A program made the translations under genes and the position numbers. DNA of 64,000 nucleotides from Bacteroidales bacterium (GTDB taxonomy: Bacteria; Bacteroidota; Bacteroidia; Bacteroidales; VadinHA17). Shown here piece by piece: positions 30,645 through 39,940 of this stretch; positions within the stretch are counted from its first letter, which is position 1, and every line of letters starts with the position of its first letter. The stretch spans positions 12,816 through 76,815 of the forward strand of contig JAWLEO010000013.1 of the NCBI GenBank assembly GCA_041686075.1. The letters are read 5' to 3'. Under the pieces are notes generated by a model. It was given only the letters and a program-made list of their open reading frames with translations. It had not been told where the DNA came from and did no database searches.

Positions 30645-31313
30645 ATGAATAAGAGGTTGCTGGCAATAGGAGATGTACATGGTTGCTTCAGGCAACTGTA
30701 TAGCCTCCTAACCGAGATTATCAATCTTAACATGGAGGATAAGCTTATAATGTTGGGTGATTATATTGACAGGGGACCTGAAAGTAAACAGGTGCTCGAC
30801 CTGATAATGGAACTTATATCTGAAGGATACGATATCTTGCCCCTGATGGGCAACCATGAGGACATGATGAGGAATGCACCAAGGAGTAATATGGATAACT
30901 ATAACTGGATGCTGAACGGGGGAGGTGAAACCCTTGACAGCTTTGGTGTGTCATCAGCTGGTAATATCGATAAAAAATATCTGGATTTCGTGTCAGCATT
31001 GTCTTTATATCATATCATTGATAATTATATTTTTGTTCACGGAGGATTCAATGACGATATTGACGATCCATTTTCTGACGAATACAGCATGCTTTGGGAA
31101 CGAAGGTTTGAATATAATTCACCGGTATTTTACGGGAAGACAATAATTCATGGACACCGGCCACATTCTCTTGCAGAACTCAGGGAACAGATGAAACATA
31201 AACCTTCAATTATCAATATCGATACCGGCTGTGTATATGGTAAGGATTACGGACTTGGTGACCTTACAGCTATAGATCTCTATTCAATGAAGTTATACTC
31301 TGTAAACTGCTAA
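30645..31313 (+). CDS. metallophosphoesterase (PPP-type Ser/Thr phosphatase/ApaH-like)
   Basis: 222 aa with GDVHGC, GDYIDRGP, GNHE and HGH motifs. Confidence 0.85.
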   Translation: MNKRLLAIGDVHGCFRQLYSLLTEIINLNMEDKLIMLGDYIDRGPESKQVLDLIMELISEGYDILPLMGNHEDMMRNAPRSNMDNYNWMLNGGGETLDSFGVSSAGNIDKKYLDFVSALSLYHIIDNYIFVHGGFNDDIDDPFSDEYSMLWERRFEYNSPVFYGKTIIHGHRPHSLAELREQMKHKPSIINIDTGCVYGKDYGLGDLTAIDLYSMKLYSVNC

Positions 31314-31383
31314 GCCCTCACCTCTATTATCTCACTATAACTTAAACAGTAAATATCTAGGGTGTTAGGCTTGTTCTGAATTT

Positions 31384-31590
31384 CGAATATCGAATAACGA
31401 ATGACGAATGTCGAAGTAGTTTAGGACAAGACAAGTGGCTGCATGATTTCAGATTTAATTCTCATTGTTGCAGAGGTTTTATTGCTTAGATTGGTTCGCA
31501 TATCGCATATCGCATATCGCCTCTCATTTTCCCCTCTCCATTCCTTGCTACCACCTACCAGTTAATAAATCATAATTCATCATTAATACT
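31384..31590. repeat. intergenic mosaic repeat block R4
   Basis: Heptamers CGAATNN x5 (31384-31418) and TCGCATA x3 plus variants (31496-31523). Next comes a module ending in attccttgctaccacctaccagttaataaatcataatt (31540-31577), then TTAATAC directly before the stop of the convergent gene. Confidence 0.92.
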
Positions 31591-32805
31591 TCATCTCATC
31601 TCTTCCCTCACCTCATCCAGGTCAATGTAACCTTCTGTGGTGTCAAGCCAGATTTTACCTTTTTCTTCAACAAATCCAAACATTCCGTATTTAATGTCGA
31701 GGATGTCTTCATCAACCCTTTTCTGCATTCTTACGTTATACAGTATAGAATATTCTTCAACCCTATCTCCTCCTTCTTTGTAAAAAATTAGATCAACCTG
31801 TGCCCATTCCTTATCGGGACTGACATCCATAAGTATAATACTCATATGCTCATCATGCCCGAGATTTTTGTATTCATCCAGCCGGGTCTTATCTACAAGC
31901 AATAGTTTCTTAAACCTATCGGTATCAAAATATATCTTTCCGGCATCAGGTTCTTCATCCTCGTATACATTAATTATATCTTCGTTTTTATCAATGCGTC
32001 TTTTTGTATATAAATTGGGTTTGTATATAAATGATAAACCTGATATACAGGTATCATCCCATTCGGAACCCCGGTAAACATTTACTATTTCAATCTTTAC
32101 AAAGAAACTGAACTGAGGTTCCATATCACATGTGGGACACCATTCCTTCCTTTGAAGTATCTCGTCGGCAAATTCTTTTTTAAATGCCTTCTTCAGGGAA
32201 TCCCTGGCGGCAATGGCATTATCCCTGTCGAAAGGCATCCTTAATTTCTGGAAACCCATCTTGTCTTTCAGTTCAATGTTTACGGGACCTCCAATTTGCT
32301 TCAATCTGTATCGTGATGCAATTTCTGTATCGTCTCCTTCAAGGAAGAAACCTGCATATAAGCTAAGCTTTACATGGTGAGGGCGACTATTCATTATATA
32401 CAATCTCTCTGATTTCTGGTAGCCATTGCTTATTGCCAATGTGTCAGGAAAAATTTCCCCTGCTTTTACTATTATATATTCTCCCTTACCATGGCCTTTC
32501 ACACCTTCCACCCAGGCAGTGGCAGGATCATTGTCAAAGAGATTGTGTCCTCCGTATCTTCCAAGTCCCTCATAAGGATTCACGGCTTCAAGCTCTGAGC
32601 TGACTATAAAATGATGTGTAACACCATTTATCCTGATTGCCCTGAAATACATTTCTTCCCATTTCTCTTCTTTTTCCTGCACTACGATCTTCCTTTGAAG
32701 GTATTCGACATGCTTAAGATTGACGCCTGCGGCCTTAATTTTCGCGAACGAAGGAGAATAAAGGGGAAAAATAATAACGCATAGCAGTATTTTTATCCAA
32801 TTCAT
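31591..32805 (-). CDS. secreted hypothetical protein with a discoidin/NADase-type glycan-binding-like region
   Basis: The ORF extends to 32865. The ATG at 32805 gives a signal-peptide start (MNWIKILLCVIIFPLYSPSFA). The motif LFDNDPATAWVEGVKGHGKGEYII resembles glycan-binding jelly-roll domains. The C-terminal half is unassigned. Confidence 0.5.
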   Translation of the reverse strand: MNWIKILLCVIIFPLYSPSFAKIKAAGVNLKHVEYLQRKIVVQEKEEKWEEMYFRAIRINGVTHHFIVSSELEAVNPYEGLGRYGGHNLFDNDPATAWVEGVKGHGKGEYIIVKAGEIFPDTLAISNGYQKSERLYIMNSRPHHVKLSLYAGFFLEGDDTEIASRYRLKQIGGPVNIELKDKMGFQKLRMPFDRDNAIAARDSLKKAFKKEFADEILQRKEWCPTCDMEPQFSFFVKIEIVNVYRGSEWDDTCISGLSFIYKPNLYTKRRIDKNEDIINVYEDEEPDAGKIYFDTDRFKKLLLVDKTRLDEYKNLGHDEHMSIILMDVSPDKEWAQVDLIFYKEGGDRVEEYSILYNVRMQKRVDEDILDIKYGMFGFVEEKGKIWLDTTEGYIDLDEVREEMR

Positions 32806-33039
32806 CTTATTACTTTTTATTAAACGCTTTCTCATATGCTGATAAATGTAAACAAATCGGGTCATAATACCACATTTTGATAAATTACAAAAATAAATTT
32901 TGTTTATATAAGAAAAAAGTGTATATTATTTACATATGTTAATATTTCGTTGAGAGGTGGGATGCTAAGGGGAAAATTAAAAAAGATTATATTATCAATA
33001 AAAACCAGTTGATGAACTGGAACGAATATATAACCAAAT

Positions 33040-34449
33040 ATGGAGGATAAAAAAATGAAATTCAGAAAACAAAAGTTGATCAGGATAGTGATCCCATTAG
33101 TGATAATAATGTTAATAATGGGTTCGTGTAAAAGTAACCAGGCAGAAAAGGAAGCACAAAAATTGCTGGAAAAACAGAGAGCTACTCTTGAAGAGGGCGA
33201 AGAACTGATTGAAGAAGCCTACCTTGAAATACAGGAGTTAAGAGATTCCCTCGATGCTGCTCAGGAAAATCTTGAAGCCAGGCGAGAGCAGGTTGAAGAA
33301 GATATTGAAGCATTGGAATCTGATCGTGAAGAGTATGCAGAAACCCTCAGCGAAGAGAAGGAAGAGGAGCTTGCTCAACAGAAGGCTGATTTGCAGTCAA
33401 GGCTCAAAGAAATAGAAGATAGTATTTCCTTTGTACAGGCTGAACGAGATTCTGTTCAGAAACAAATGGATACTTTAGATATAAAAGAACAGCAGCTGGA
33501 AGAGCAGAAGAAAGTTTCCACGGAGAAACTTATTACAGGTATCGACGACATTGATAACCGCCTGGATGAGATTGAAAAACAGAGACTCGTAAAACTTAAT
33601 GAGACTGAGATCAATGAACAGAAAATAGAGCTGGCCAGGAAAAAAATTGAACTTCTGGAAGATGAGAAAAACATTTATCAGAGAGAAAAGAACGAGATAT
33701 TGAAAAAGAATGGTGATGAGGCTGAACTGGAGAAGTATGACCTTAAAATAAGTAAGATTAACAGCTATCTTAATGAAGAGCAGAATAAGATAGAAAATGC
33801 TGAAAGCAATATAAAATCCCTGCAGTCATGGATAAATGATGCCGATGCTCTGAAAGAAAGGCTCAGGAACATGATGTCCTCAGAGTACGATAGGGATGAA
33901 ACTATCGATGAATTCACAAAGCAAGAAATAAATAGGCTGGAAAGGGAACGTCAAGCCCTGAATAAGGAACTGGAGGACCTTAATAATTTAAAAACCAGCC
34001 TGTCCGAAAAGAGAGCTTCCCTGAATGAAAGGCTGGTATCCCTTGAAGAGGAGGCTGAACTGGTTAAAAGCAGGGAGTTGTCCGAAATACTTGATGAAAG
34101 AGCCGGTATTGAAGAACAGGAGGTCCAGCTGGCAGAACGTGAAAAAAAAATGGCTAAGGAAAAGACAGCCCCCGAGACTCTAGAAGAAGTCACGGAGTTG
34201 GATCCGGGATCAGATGAGCTTAAGTCGATTGAGGAATCTATTGAACTTAAGAGGAAGCAAATCGATATACTCCGTTCAGAAATTGCAGAAGATGAAGCCC
34301 AGCTGGCAAAAGAGATGGCTGATATTGAAGCACAACGGTCGAAAAATGTCAGGAATGTAACCTGGACTGTAATAATACTTGTAATAGTAGGCATTGTAAT
34401 AATTGGTATTCTCTACGCCCTTGGCAGGCGTAGCAGGAAGCAAAGCTAA
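33040..34449 (+). CDS. long acidic coiled-coil protein with an N-terminal lipobox and a C-terminal TM anchor
   Basis: 469 aa. It has a signal peptide ending in LIMGSC, about 400 residues of E/K/L-rich heptads, then VTWTVIILVIVGIVIIGILYALG followed by RRSRKQS. Confidence 0.7.
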   Translation: MEDKKMKFRKQKLIRIVIPLVIIMLIMGSCKSNQAEKEAQKLLEKQRATLEEGEELIEEAYLEIQELRDSLDAAQENLEARREQVEEDIEALESDREEYAETLSEEKEEELAQQKADLQSRLKEIEDSISFVQAERDSVQKQMDTLDIKEQQLEEQKKVSTEKLITGIDDIDNRLDEIEKQRLVKLNETEINEQKIELARKKIELLEDEKNIYQREKNEILKKNGDEAELEKYDLKISKINSYLNEEQNKIENAESNIKSLQSWINDADALKERLRNMMSSEYDRDETIDEFTKQEINRLERERQALNKELEDLNNLKTSLSEKRASLNERLVSLEEEAELVKSRELSEILDERAGIEEQEVQLAEREKKMAKEKTAPETLEEVTELDPGSDELKSIEESIELKRKQIDILRSEIAEDEAQLAKEMADIEAQRSKNVRNVTWTVIILVIVGIVIIGILYALGRRSRKQS

Positions 34450-34519
34450 AGACGGATCCGACCCTTCAGAACAAGGGATTCGTAGAGAAAAATAATAATA
34501 AACAAACAAAATAAATATC

Positions 34520-35164
34520 ATGACAAAAAAAGCTAAAGCGAAACAAAAAGAAATAAGTGGAAAAGTGAAAAAAGAAGCGAAAAAGGTTAAGAAAACCACT
34601 GAGAAAGAGGCTGAAAAGGCTAAGAAAACAGCTGAGAAAAAGGCTAAGGAAACGGCTGAGAAAGCACAAAAAAAAGCCGAAGAAGTTAAAGAAGAATTTG
34701 AAAAATCATCCGATGACATCCAGGAGAATCTCAGAAAAGCAGGTGAGTCGATATCCGAATCAAGCTTCTGGGAGGAGACCGGTGAAAACATATCCGAAGG
34801 AGCTAAAATAGTGGGAGATGAAGCCCGGACCATCGCAGAGAAAATCTCTGCATATTCCGAAGTTCTCTTTGGCAAAATAAAGGACAGGTCATCAGAGGCT
34901 TTTAAATCCGGACTTGACCTGACCCGCGAGGGAGCTAACAGGGCACAGGCTGCTGCAGATGAGTTAAGAGATAATATAGAAGTCGGCAGGCTTAACAGGC
35001 AAAAAAAAGAGGTGGCCACCCAGCTTGGTATGAAATTTTACCTGGAAGTGAAAAATAATGATAATAAAGTTCCTGATAACATCCTCAGGAAAAGGGTTTT
35101 TATGTCACTTCTAAAAGAATTGGAAAATATTGATAAAAAAATATTGGAGTTGAAAGATGAATAA
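34520..35164 (+). CDS. Lys/Glu-rich hypothetical protein
   Basis: 214 aa with no signal peptide. The N-terminal region has reiterated AEKxAKKT units. Its stop overlaps the next start by 8 nt. Confidence 0.55.
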   Translation: MTKKAKAKQKEISGKVKKEAKKVKKTTEKEAEKAKKTAEKKAKETAEKAQKKAEEVKEEFEKSSDDIQENLRKAGESISESSFWEETGENISEGAKIVGDEARTIAEKISAYSEVLFGKIKDRSSEAFKSGLDLTREGANRAQAAADELRDNIEVGRLNRQKKEVATQLGMKFYLEVKNNDNKVPDNILRKRVFMSLLKELENIDKKILELKDE

Positions 35165-35633
35165 AATAAAAATTAAACTTAAACATATTATTAATGCAAC
35201 GATAATTGCCTGGATCATTATCTGGCTATATTATCTTATTTTTAACTGGGACGTTTTTAGCATTAACCTGAAAACTGATCTTGGCTTTGCAGTCATAGGT
35301 GGTTTTCCCTTTGTATTTTTCTTTATAGTTGGACTTTTATTTCTTATCTTGATCAAGTACTTTGACAGTGCAATCGCTGCCAGGAAACTGTCAGACGAAA
35401 AAGACCTGAAGAATAAGATAGCATTACTTGAAAAGGATATTGAAGTACTGAAGCTTAAGGAAACACTTTTCAAGATGCAATCGGAAGAGATGAGCAGGAG
35501 TAATGCAAACCTTAGTGCTTTGCATCGGAAGCTGGATGAAATAACTTCACAGATGGAGAGTGAAAAGGGAAAATCGGGGGAAACTGATTCTTCAAACGAG
35601 GAGGAGGATAAGAAAAGCAAAAATAACAAATGA
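35157..35633 (+). CDS. LapA-domain-like membrane protein with a coiled-coil tail
   Basis: 158 aa with two N-terminal TM helices, then a coiled coil and an acidic tail. An ATGA overlap joins it to the MlaD gene. Confidence 0.5.
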   Translation: MNKIKIKLKHIINATIIAWIIIWLYYLIFNWDVFSINLKTDLGFAVIGGFPFVFFFIVGLLFLILIKYFDSAIAARKLSDEKDLKNKIALLEKDIEVLKLKETLFKMQSEEMSRSNANLSALHRKLDEITSQMESEKGKSGETDSSNEEEDKKSKNNK

Positions 35634-36634
35634 AAATCCGTACCCAGAAAGTAAGGCTCGGAGTGTTTATTTTTTTAAGCGGTGCATTACTCGTTGTACT
35701 TGTATTGTATTTCGCGGTAAACAAGCTATTTGAAAAATCAGATATTTATTATGTAGCCTATCATGATGTATCAGTTAGCGGGCTTGAAGTGGGAAGCCCG
35801 GTAAACTACTTGGGAATAAAGATTGGTACAATATCGAATATATTCATTGATCCACAGGATATTAATTCTATAATCGTAGAACTGTCATTGCAGCCTGGAA
35901 CGCCAATTAAGAAAGATGCGTATGCCGATATTGTTTCGCTTGGCATAACCGGGCTTAGGACAATCGAAATAAGGGGAGGAAGCAACGAAGCCGATTTCCT
36001 CAAACGAGGCGAATTCATTAAGGCAGGCAGGTCTGCATCCCAGGAAATAACGGGCAAGGCCAGTATAATTGCGGAAAAAGCAGAAAATGTGATTAATAAC
36101 CTCCAGCTTTTTACAGAGCCGGAGAATATGGATAAATTTTCCGATGCTGCAGAAAATATTAATACACTTGCAGCACAATTGAATACAACAACACAGGTAA
36201 TAGATACCCTGGTAAAAGAAAACAGGGCCGGGGTAAGGGAAGCTGTATTGACTGCTAACCTGGTGGCTAATCGACTGGATACATCCGCTATAAGCCTGGG
36301 CAAGGCAATAACCAGCTTAAATAACATTATCCAGAGTGATACCTTGCAACAGATTGTTGGTAATGCTTACATTCTGTCACAGCATCTGGAGGAAACAAAT
36401 CTTAAATTATTTATAAGTAATCTGGCTGAGATCAGTAAACAAACCAGGGAATTGCTTTATAAGATCGACCAGGAACTGGATGTAAATAGCCAGGAATTAA
36501 GTGAAAGCGTGAGATTGCTAAGAGTGACACTGTCTAACCTGGAAGAAACTTCAAATAGAATAAATTCAGATCCCTCTATACTGTTGCGAGGCTACGGCGA
36601 TAAAAATATTCCCGATAAGCGATTGAAAAAATAA
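35630..36634 (+). CDS. MlaD/MCE family substrate-binding protein
   Basis: 334 aa with an N-terminal TM helix, an MCE domain (GLEVGSPVNYLGIKIGTI) and a long helical C-terminal extension. Confidence 0.85.
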   Translation: MKIRTQKVRLGVFIFLSGALLVVLVLYFAVNKLFEKSDIYYVAYHDVSVSGLEVGSPVNYLGIKIGTISNIFIDPQDINSIIVELSLQPGTPIKKDAYADIVSLGITGLRTIEIRGGSNEADFLKRGEFIKAGRSASQEITGKASIIAEKAENVINNLQLFTEPENMDKFSDAAENINTLAAQLNTTTQVIDTLVKENRAGVREAVLTANLVANRLDTSAISLGKAITSLNNIIQSDTLQQIVGNAYILSQHLEETNLKLFISNLAEISKQTRELLYKIDQELDVNSQELSESVRLLRVTLSNLEETSNRINSDPSILLRGYGDKNIPDKRLKK

Positions 36635-36680
36635 ATGACCTGTTGAAAAAGACTCTGACAGGCTTATTGAAAAATTTATT

Positions 36681-37307
36681 ATGAGACTATTTATACTAAC
36701 TGTGATAAGCTTCATCCTCATGCTAACATCATGCGTGGCAGAAAAAAACATAATGAGGAAATACTATACCCTTGAAATACCTTCGGATGCATATGCCACA
36801 GCATCCGATACATTATGGACAATTCCCGGCAAATGTGAAATTGGGCGTGTAAATATAAATCCTGTTTGTGAGTCAAACCAAATAGTTAATCGTAATAAAT
36901 CTCATGAAATAACATATTATAGGTACCATCGTTGGGCGGTGCGACCTGATGATGCTATAAGAGAATTGTTGTCGGAATATTTGCAGAACAGGAAGCTTTT
37001 CGACAACGTATCCACCAGGTTTGCTATGTCAGTGCCTGACTACAGGTTGAAAACAATGGTGAAGGACCTGGAGATAATTGAAAATGATAAATCATTTTCA
37101 GCTCATGTAAACATCGACTATATCTTAACTAAAAATATTAACGACAGTGTCCTCGTCAGTCACCGGGCCGACAGGATTGAACCTCTTAAACACAAGGATA
37201 TGAATCTTTTTGCCCAGGCAGTAAGCAGTATACTGATAGAAGAACTCGAAGTATTCGCAAAAATGTTAAGAGAGAAGGAAGAAATATTCTATAGTGAGGA
37301 GCAGTAG
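36681..37307 (+). CDS. ABC-transport auxiliary lipoprotein (PqiC/DUF330-like)
   Basis: 208 aa with a lipobox (LMLTSC) and a YYTL start of the mature domain. It sits between the MlaD and MlaE genes. Confidence 0.55.
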   Translation: MRLFILTVISFILMLTSCVAEKNIMRKYYTLEIPSDAYATASDTLWTIPGKCEIGRVNINPVCESNQIVNRNKSHEITYYRYHRWAVRPDDAIRELLSEYLQNRKLFDNVSTRFAMSVPDYRLKTMVKDLEIIENDKSFSAHVNIDYILTKNINDSVLVSHRADRIEPLKHKDMNLFAQAVSSILIEELEVFAKMLREKEEIFYSEEQ

Positions 37308-37338
37308 TAATTATTTATCCTGAAAAATATCACCCGAA

Positions 37339-38451
37339 GTGGCCGGAAGAAAAAATAATCAAACTTTTTATAAACTCGAAAATGACATACTTGAATTAAA
37401 GGGAAGGTTTACAATCAAGGAACTTAATGAATCATTATATGAGGTGGAGAAAGCCCTGGGTGAATTCAATAATCCTAACCTTACTATTGACCTGGATCAA
37501 CTTACTTTTATTGATAGTGCCGGTGTAACTGCAATATATTATTTGCATGACAATATGACCGGAAAAGGGATAAAAGTGGAAATAAGAGGTGGGGTAGAGG
37601 ATATTAAAAGAAAGCTTGAATTGTTTGCTCAGGATGAAAAAGCGGCAGAGGGTACACCATTCAGGGTAGGATTTTTTGAGAAATTGGGAAGCGGTGCAGC
37701 ATATGTTTATAAAGAAATTATAGCTACCTGGTTTCAGCTGGCAGCTGACATTACTTACTGGTCGGTAATCGATCTCTTTCACAGGCATACACGAAGGAAG
37801 GGTGAATTTGCAAACCAGGCGGTTCTGATAGGTGTTAATGCTGTGATGATTGTCGGTGCTATGTCATTTGTTATCGGGCTTGTGCTGGCCTTGCAATCAG
37901 CAGCTCAATTGCGCTCATTCGGGGCAAATGTATATATAGTCGACCTTACCGTTATAGCAATGATGAGCGAGATGGGCCCCCTCATAACAGCAATTATGGT
38001 AGCCGGGAGAAGCGGATCATCAATAGCTGCTGAAATTGCAACAATGAAGGTAACCAACGAAATCGATGCATTAAGAACAATGGGGCTTAATCCGGTACGC
38101 TTTATTATAGTACCTAAAATGCACGGTGCACTTATTACACTGCCTTTTCTCACCATTATAGCCGATGTCCTGGGTATAGCAGGAGGCTTGGTAATCGCAG
38201 TTAATGCGCTGGGGATATCACCAATGGTGTTCATACACAGGATGGAGGAGGCATTCCATATGAAAGATGTACTTTTTGGTATAATCAAAAGCTTTGTTTT
38301 TGCTTACCTCATCGTTATCACAGGCAGCTACTTTGGTTTTAAAGTAAAACAGGGAGCTGATGTGGTGGGTAAAGTGACTACACTGGCCGTGGTGGTTGCC
38401 ATTTCACTCGTAATAATTGCAGACAGTATAATGGGCCTTATTTTTTACTAG
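37339..38451 (+). CDS. STAS-domain-fused MlaE-type ABC permease
   Basis: GTG start. The N-terminal ~100 aa are STAS-like (LTFIDSAGVTAIYYL), followed by an MlaE permease core (MSEMGPLITAIMVAGRSGSSIAAEIATMKVTNEIDAL). Confidence 0.85.
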   Translation: MAGRKNNQTFYKLENDILELKGRFTIKELNESLYEVEKALGEFNNPNLTIDLDQLTFIDSAGVTAIYYLHDNMTGKGIKVEIRGGVEDIKRKLELFAQDEKAAEGTPFRVGFFEKLGSGAAYVYKEIIATWFQLAADITYWSVIDLFHRHTRRKGEFANQAVLIGVNAVMIVGAMSFVIGLVLALQSAAQLRSFGANVYIVDLTVIAMMSEMGPLITAIMVAGRSGSSIAAEIATMKVTNEIDALRTMGLNPVRFIIVPKMHGALITLPFLTIIADVLGIAGGLVIAVNALGISPMVFIHRMEEAFHMKDVLFGIIKSFVFAYLIVITGSYFGFKVKQGADVVGKVTTLAVVVAISLVIIADSIMGLIFY

Positions 38452-38470
38452 AATTATAGATTGTTTTTGT

Positions 38471-39217
38471 ATGAATACCGAGAAGGTGATAAGAGTCAAG
38501 GGACTGACAGCAATCATTGATGATAAAGTGATTCTGTCAGATATCAGTTTTCATGCCAATGCCGGGGATGTAAGCGTTATACTGGGAAGCAGCGGATCAG
38601 GCAAGACGGTTTTACTTAAACACCTCCTTGGTTTATATCCAAGTGCCCGGGAAGCCGTTTCGGTAATGGGACTGAATCCGTCATACCTGGAAGAAGAGGA
38701 AGAGAAAGAATTTTATACCAAACTAGGGGTTTTCTATCAAAATGGCGCCCTCTTAAATTCACTAACGGTGGGTGAGAATGTTGCGCTCCCTCTGCAACAA
38801 CATACTGATCTCCCCCCTGATATGATTAAAAGACTCGTAAAGCTTAAGTTAAAACTGGTAAACCTCCAGGGCTCATATAATATGTTTCCATCCAGCCTTA
38901 GCGGGGGCATGCTTAAAAGGGCAGCTCTTGCCAGGGCAATCATAATGGACCCTCCAATACTTTTCTGTGATGAACCGGGTTCAGGACTGGATCCTGTATC
39001 CCTGGCTTCTCTTGACAACCTAATACTCGACCTTCAAAAACTCCTGGGTATTACGGTTATTATGATAACGCATGAAGTATCAAGTATATTCAGGGTAGCC
39101 GACAGGATAATATTTATTGATGAGGGGAAAGTGATTTTTGAGGGTACACTTAAAGAGGCACTTAAATCGGAAAATAAAGCCTTGAAAGAATTTTTCCGCA
39201 AAGGAAGAGGGGAATAG
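38471..39217 (+). CDS. MlaF-type ABC transporter ATP-binding protein
   Basis: 248 aa with Walker A GSSGSGKT, signature LSGGMLKR and Walker B LFCDEPGSGLD. Confidence 0.9.
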   Translation: MNTEKVIRVKGLTAIIDDKVILSDISFHANAGDVSVILGSSGSGKTVLLKHLLGLYPSAREAVSVMGLNPSYLEEEEEKEFYTKLGVFYQNGALLNSLTVGENVALPLQQHTDLPPDMIKRLVKLKLKLVNLQGSYNMFPSSLSGGMLKRAALARAIIMDPPILFCDEPGSGLDPVSLASLDNLILDLQKLLGITVIMITHEVSSIFRVADRIIFIDEGKVIFEGTLKEALKSENKALKEFFRKGRGE

Positions 39218-39399
39218 TCTTGATTATCAAATAGACAGGACAAATTGGCATTATTTGTGAAAAAATGTCTGCCCTGAAAATCCGCATAATAATTTATCTT
39301 ATATAATAATAGGTGGTTGATATACAGTAATATATATCTGACTGTGTATGGTAATATCTCCGGGTTTACCCTTGTCATGGTATATAATTTGTTGATTTA

Positions 39400-39900
39400 T
39401 TGATGAGTATAAATATGTCTAACCAAAAAATGAAGGAGGATTTAGCTATGACACTGAAAAAGTATGAAAACAGAATGTTCCCATCGTTTCCTTCATTTCT
39501 TGACAGATTTTTTGAAGGAAACCTGATGGATTGGAATTTATCGAATTTCGCAGAACTCGATTCAACCTTGCCTGCAGTTAATGTCAGGGAAAACGATAAT
39601 GAAACTGTTATCGAACTGGCAGCACCGGGAATGAAGAAGAGTGATTTTAATGTGAATTACGATAACGGGAGGTTAACAATTTCATCCGAGAAAAAGGATG
39701 AGAAAACTGAAAAAGAAGGCGAAAAGGTTACCCGTCAGGAGTTTAATTATCAGTCGTTCCAGCGTTCATTCAACGTGCCTGAGAATCTGGTTGACACTGA
39801 TAAGATAAATGCAAAATACTCCGATGGCATTCTTCATGTAACATTACCTAAACGTGAGGAAGCAAAACCCAGGCCTTCGAAAGAAATCAAAATATCATAA
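39400..39900 (+). CDS. Hsp20/alpha-crystallin small heat-shock protein
   Basis: Alpha-crystallin core (PAVNVRENDNETVIELAAPGMKKSDF ... AKYSDGILHVTLPK). The real start may be ATG 39448 (MTLKKYEN), which is preceded by aaggagg. Confidence 0.9.
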   Translation: MMSINMSNQKMKEDLAMTLKKYENRMFPSFPSFLDRFFEGNLMDWNLSNFAELDSTLPAVNVRENDNETVIELAAPGMKKSDFNVNYDNGRLTISSEKKDEKTEKEGEKVTRQEFNYQSFQRSFNVPENLVDTDKINAKYSDGILHVTLPKREEAKPRPSKEIKIS

Positions 39901-39940
39901 CATCATGTCATCGGGGCTGTATCATAAGTACACCACCTCA

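Noticed and set aside
33456-36327. Long antisense ORFs across the coiled-coil and Mla genes (33951..34394, 34276..35019, 34466..34669, 35231..35629, 35806..36327)
   Set aside because: They are Ser/Phe/Leu-rich mirror images of GAA/AAG-rich sense codons. They have no motifs or plausible starts, whereas the sense ORFs have signal peptides, TM anchors or MlaD motifs.
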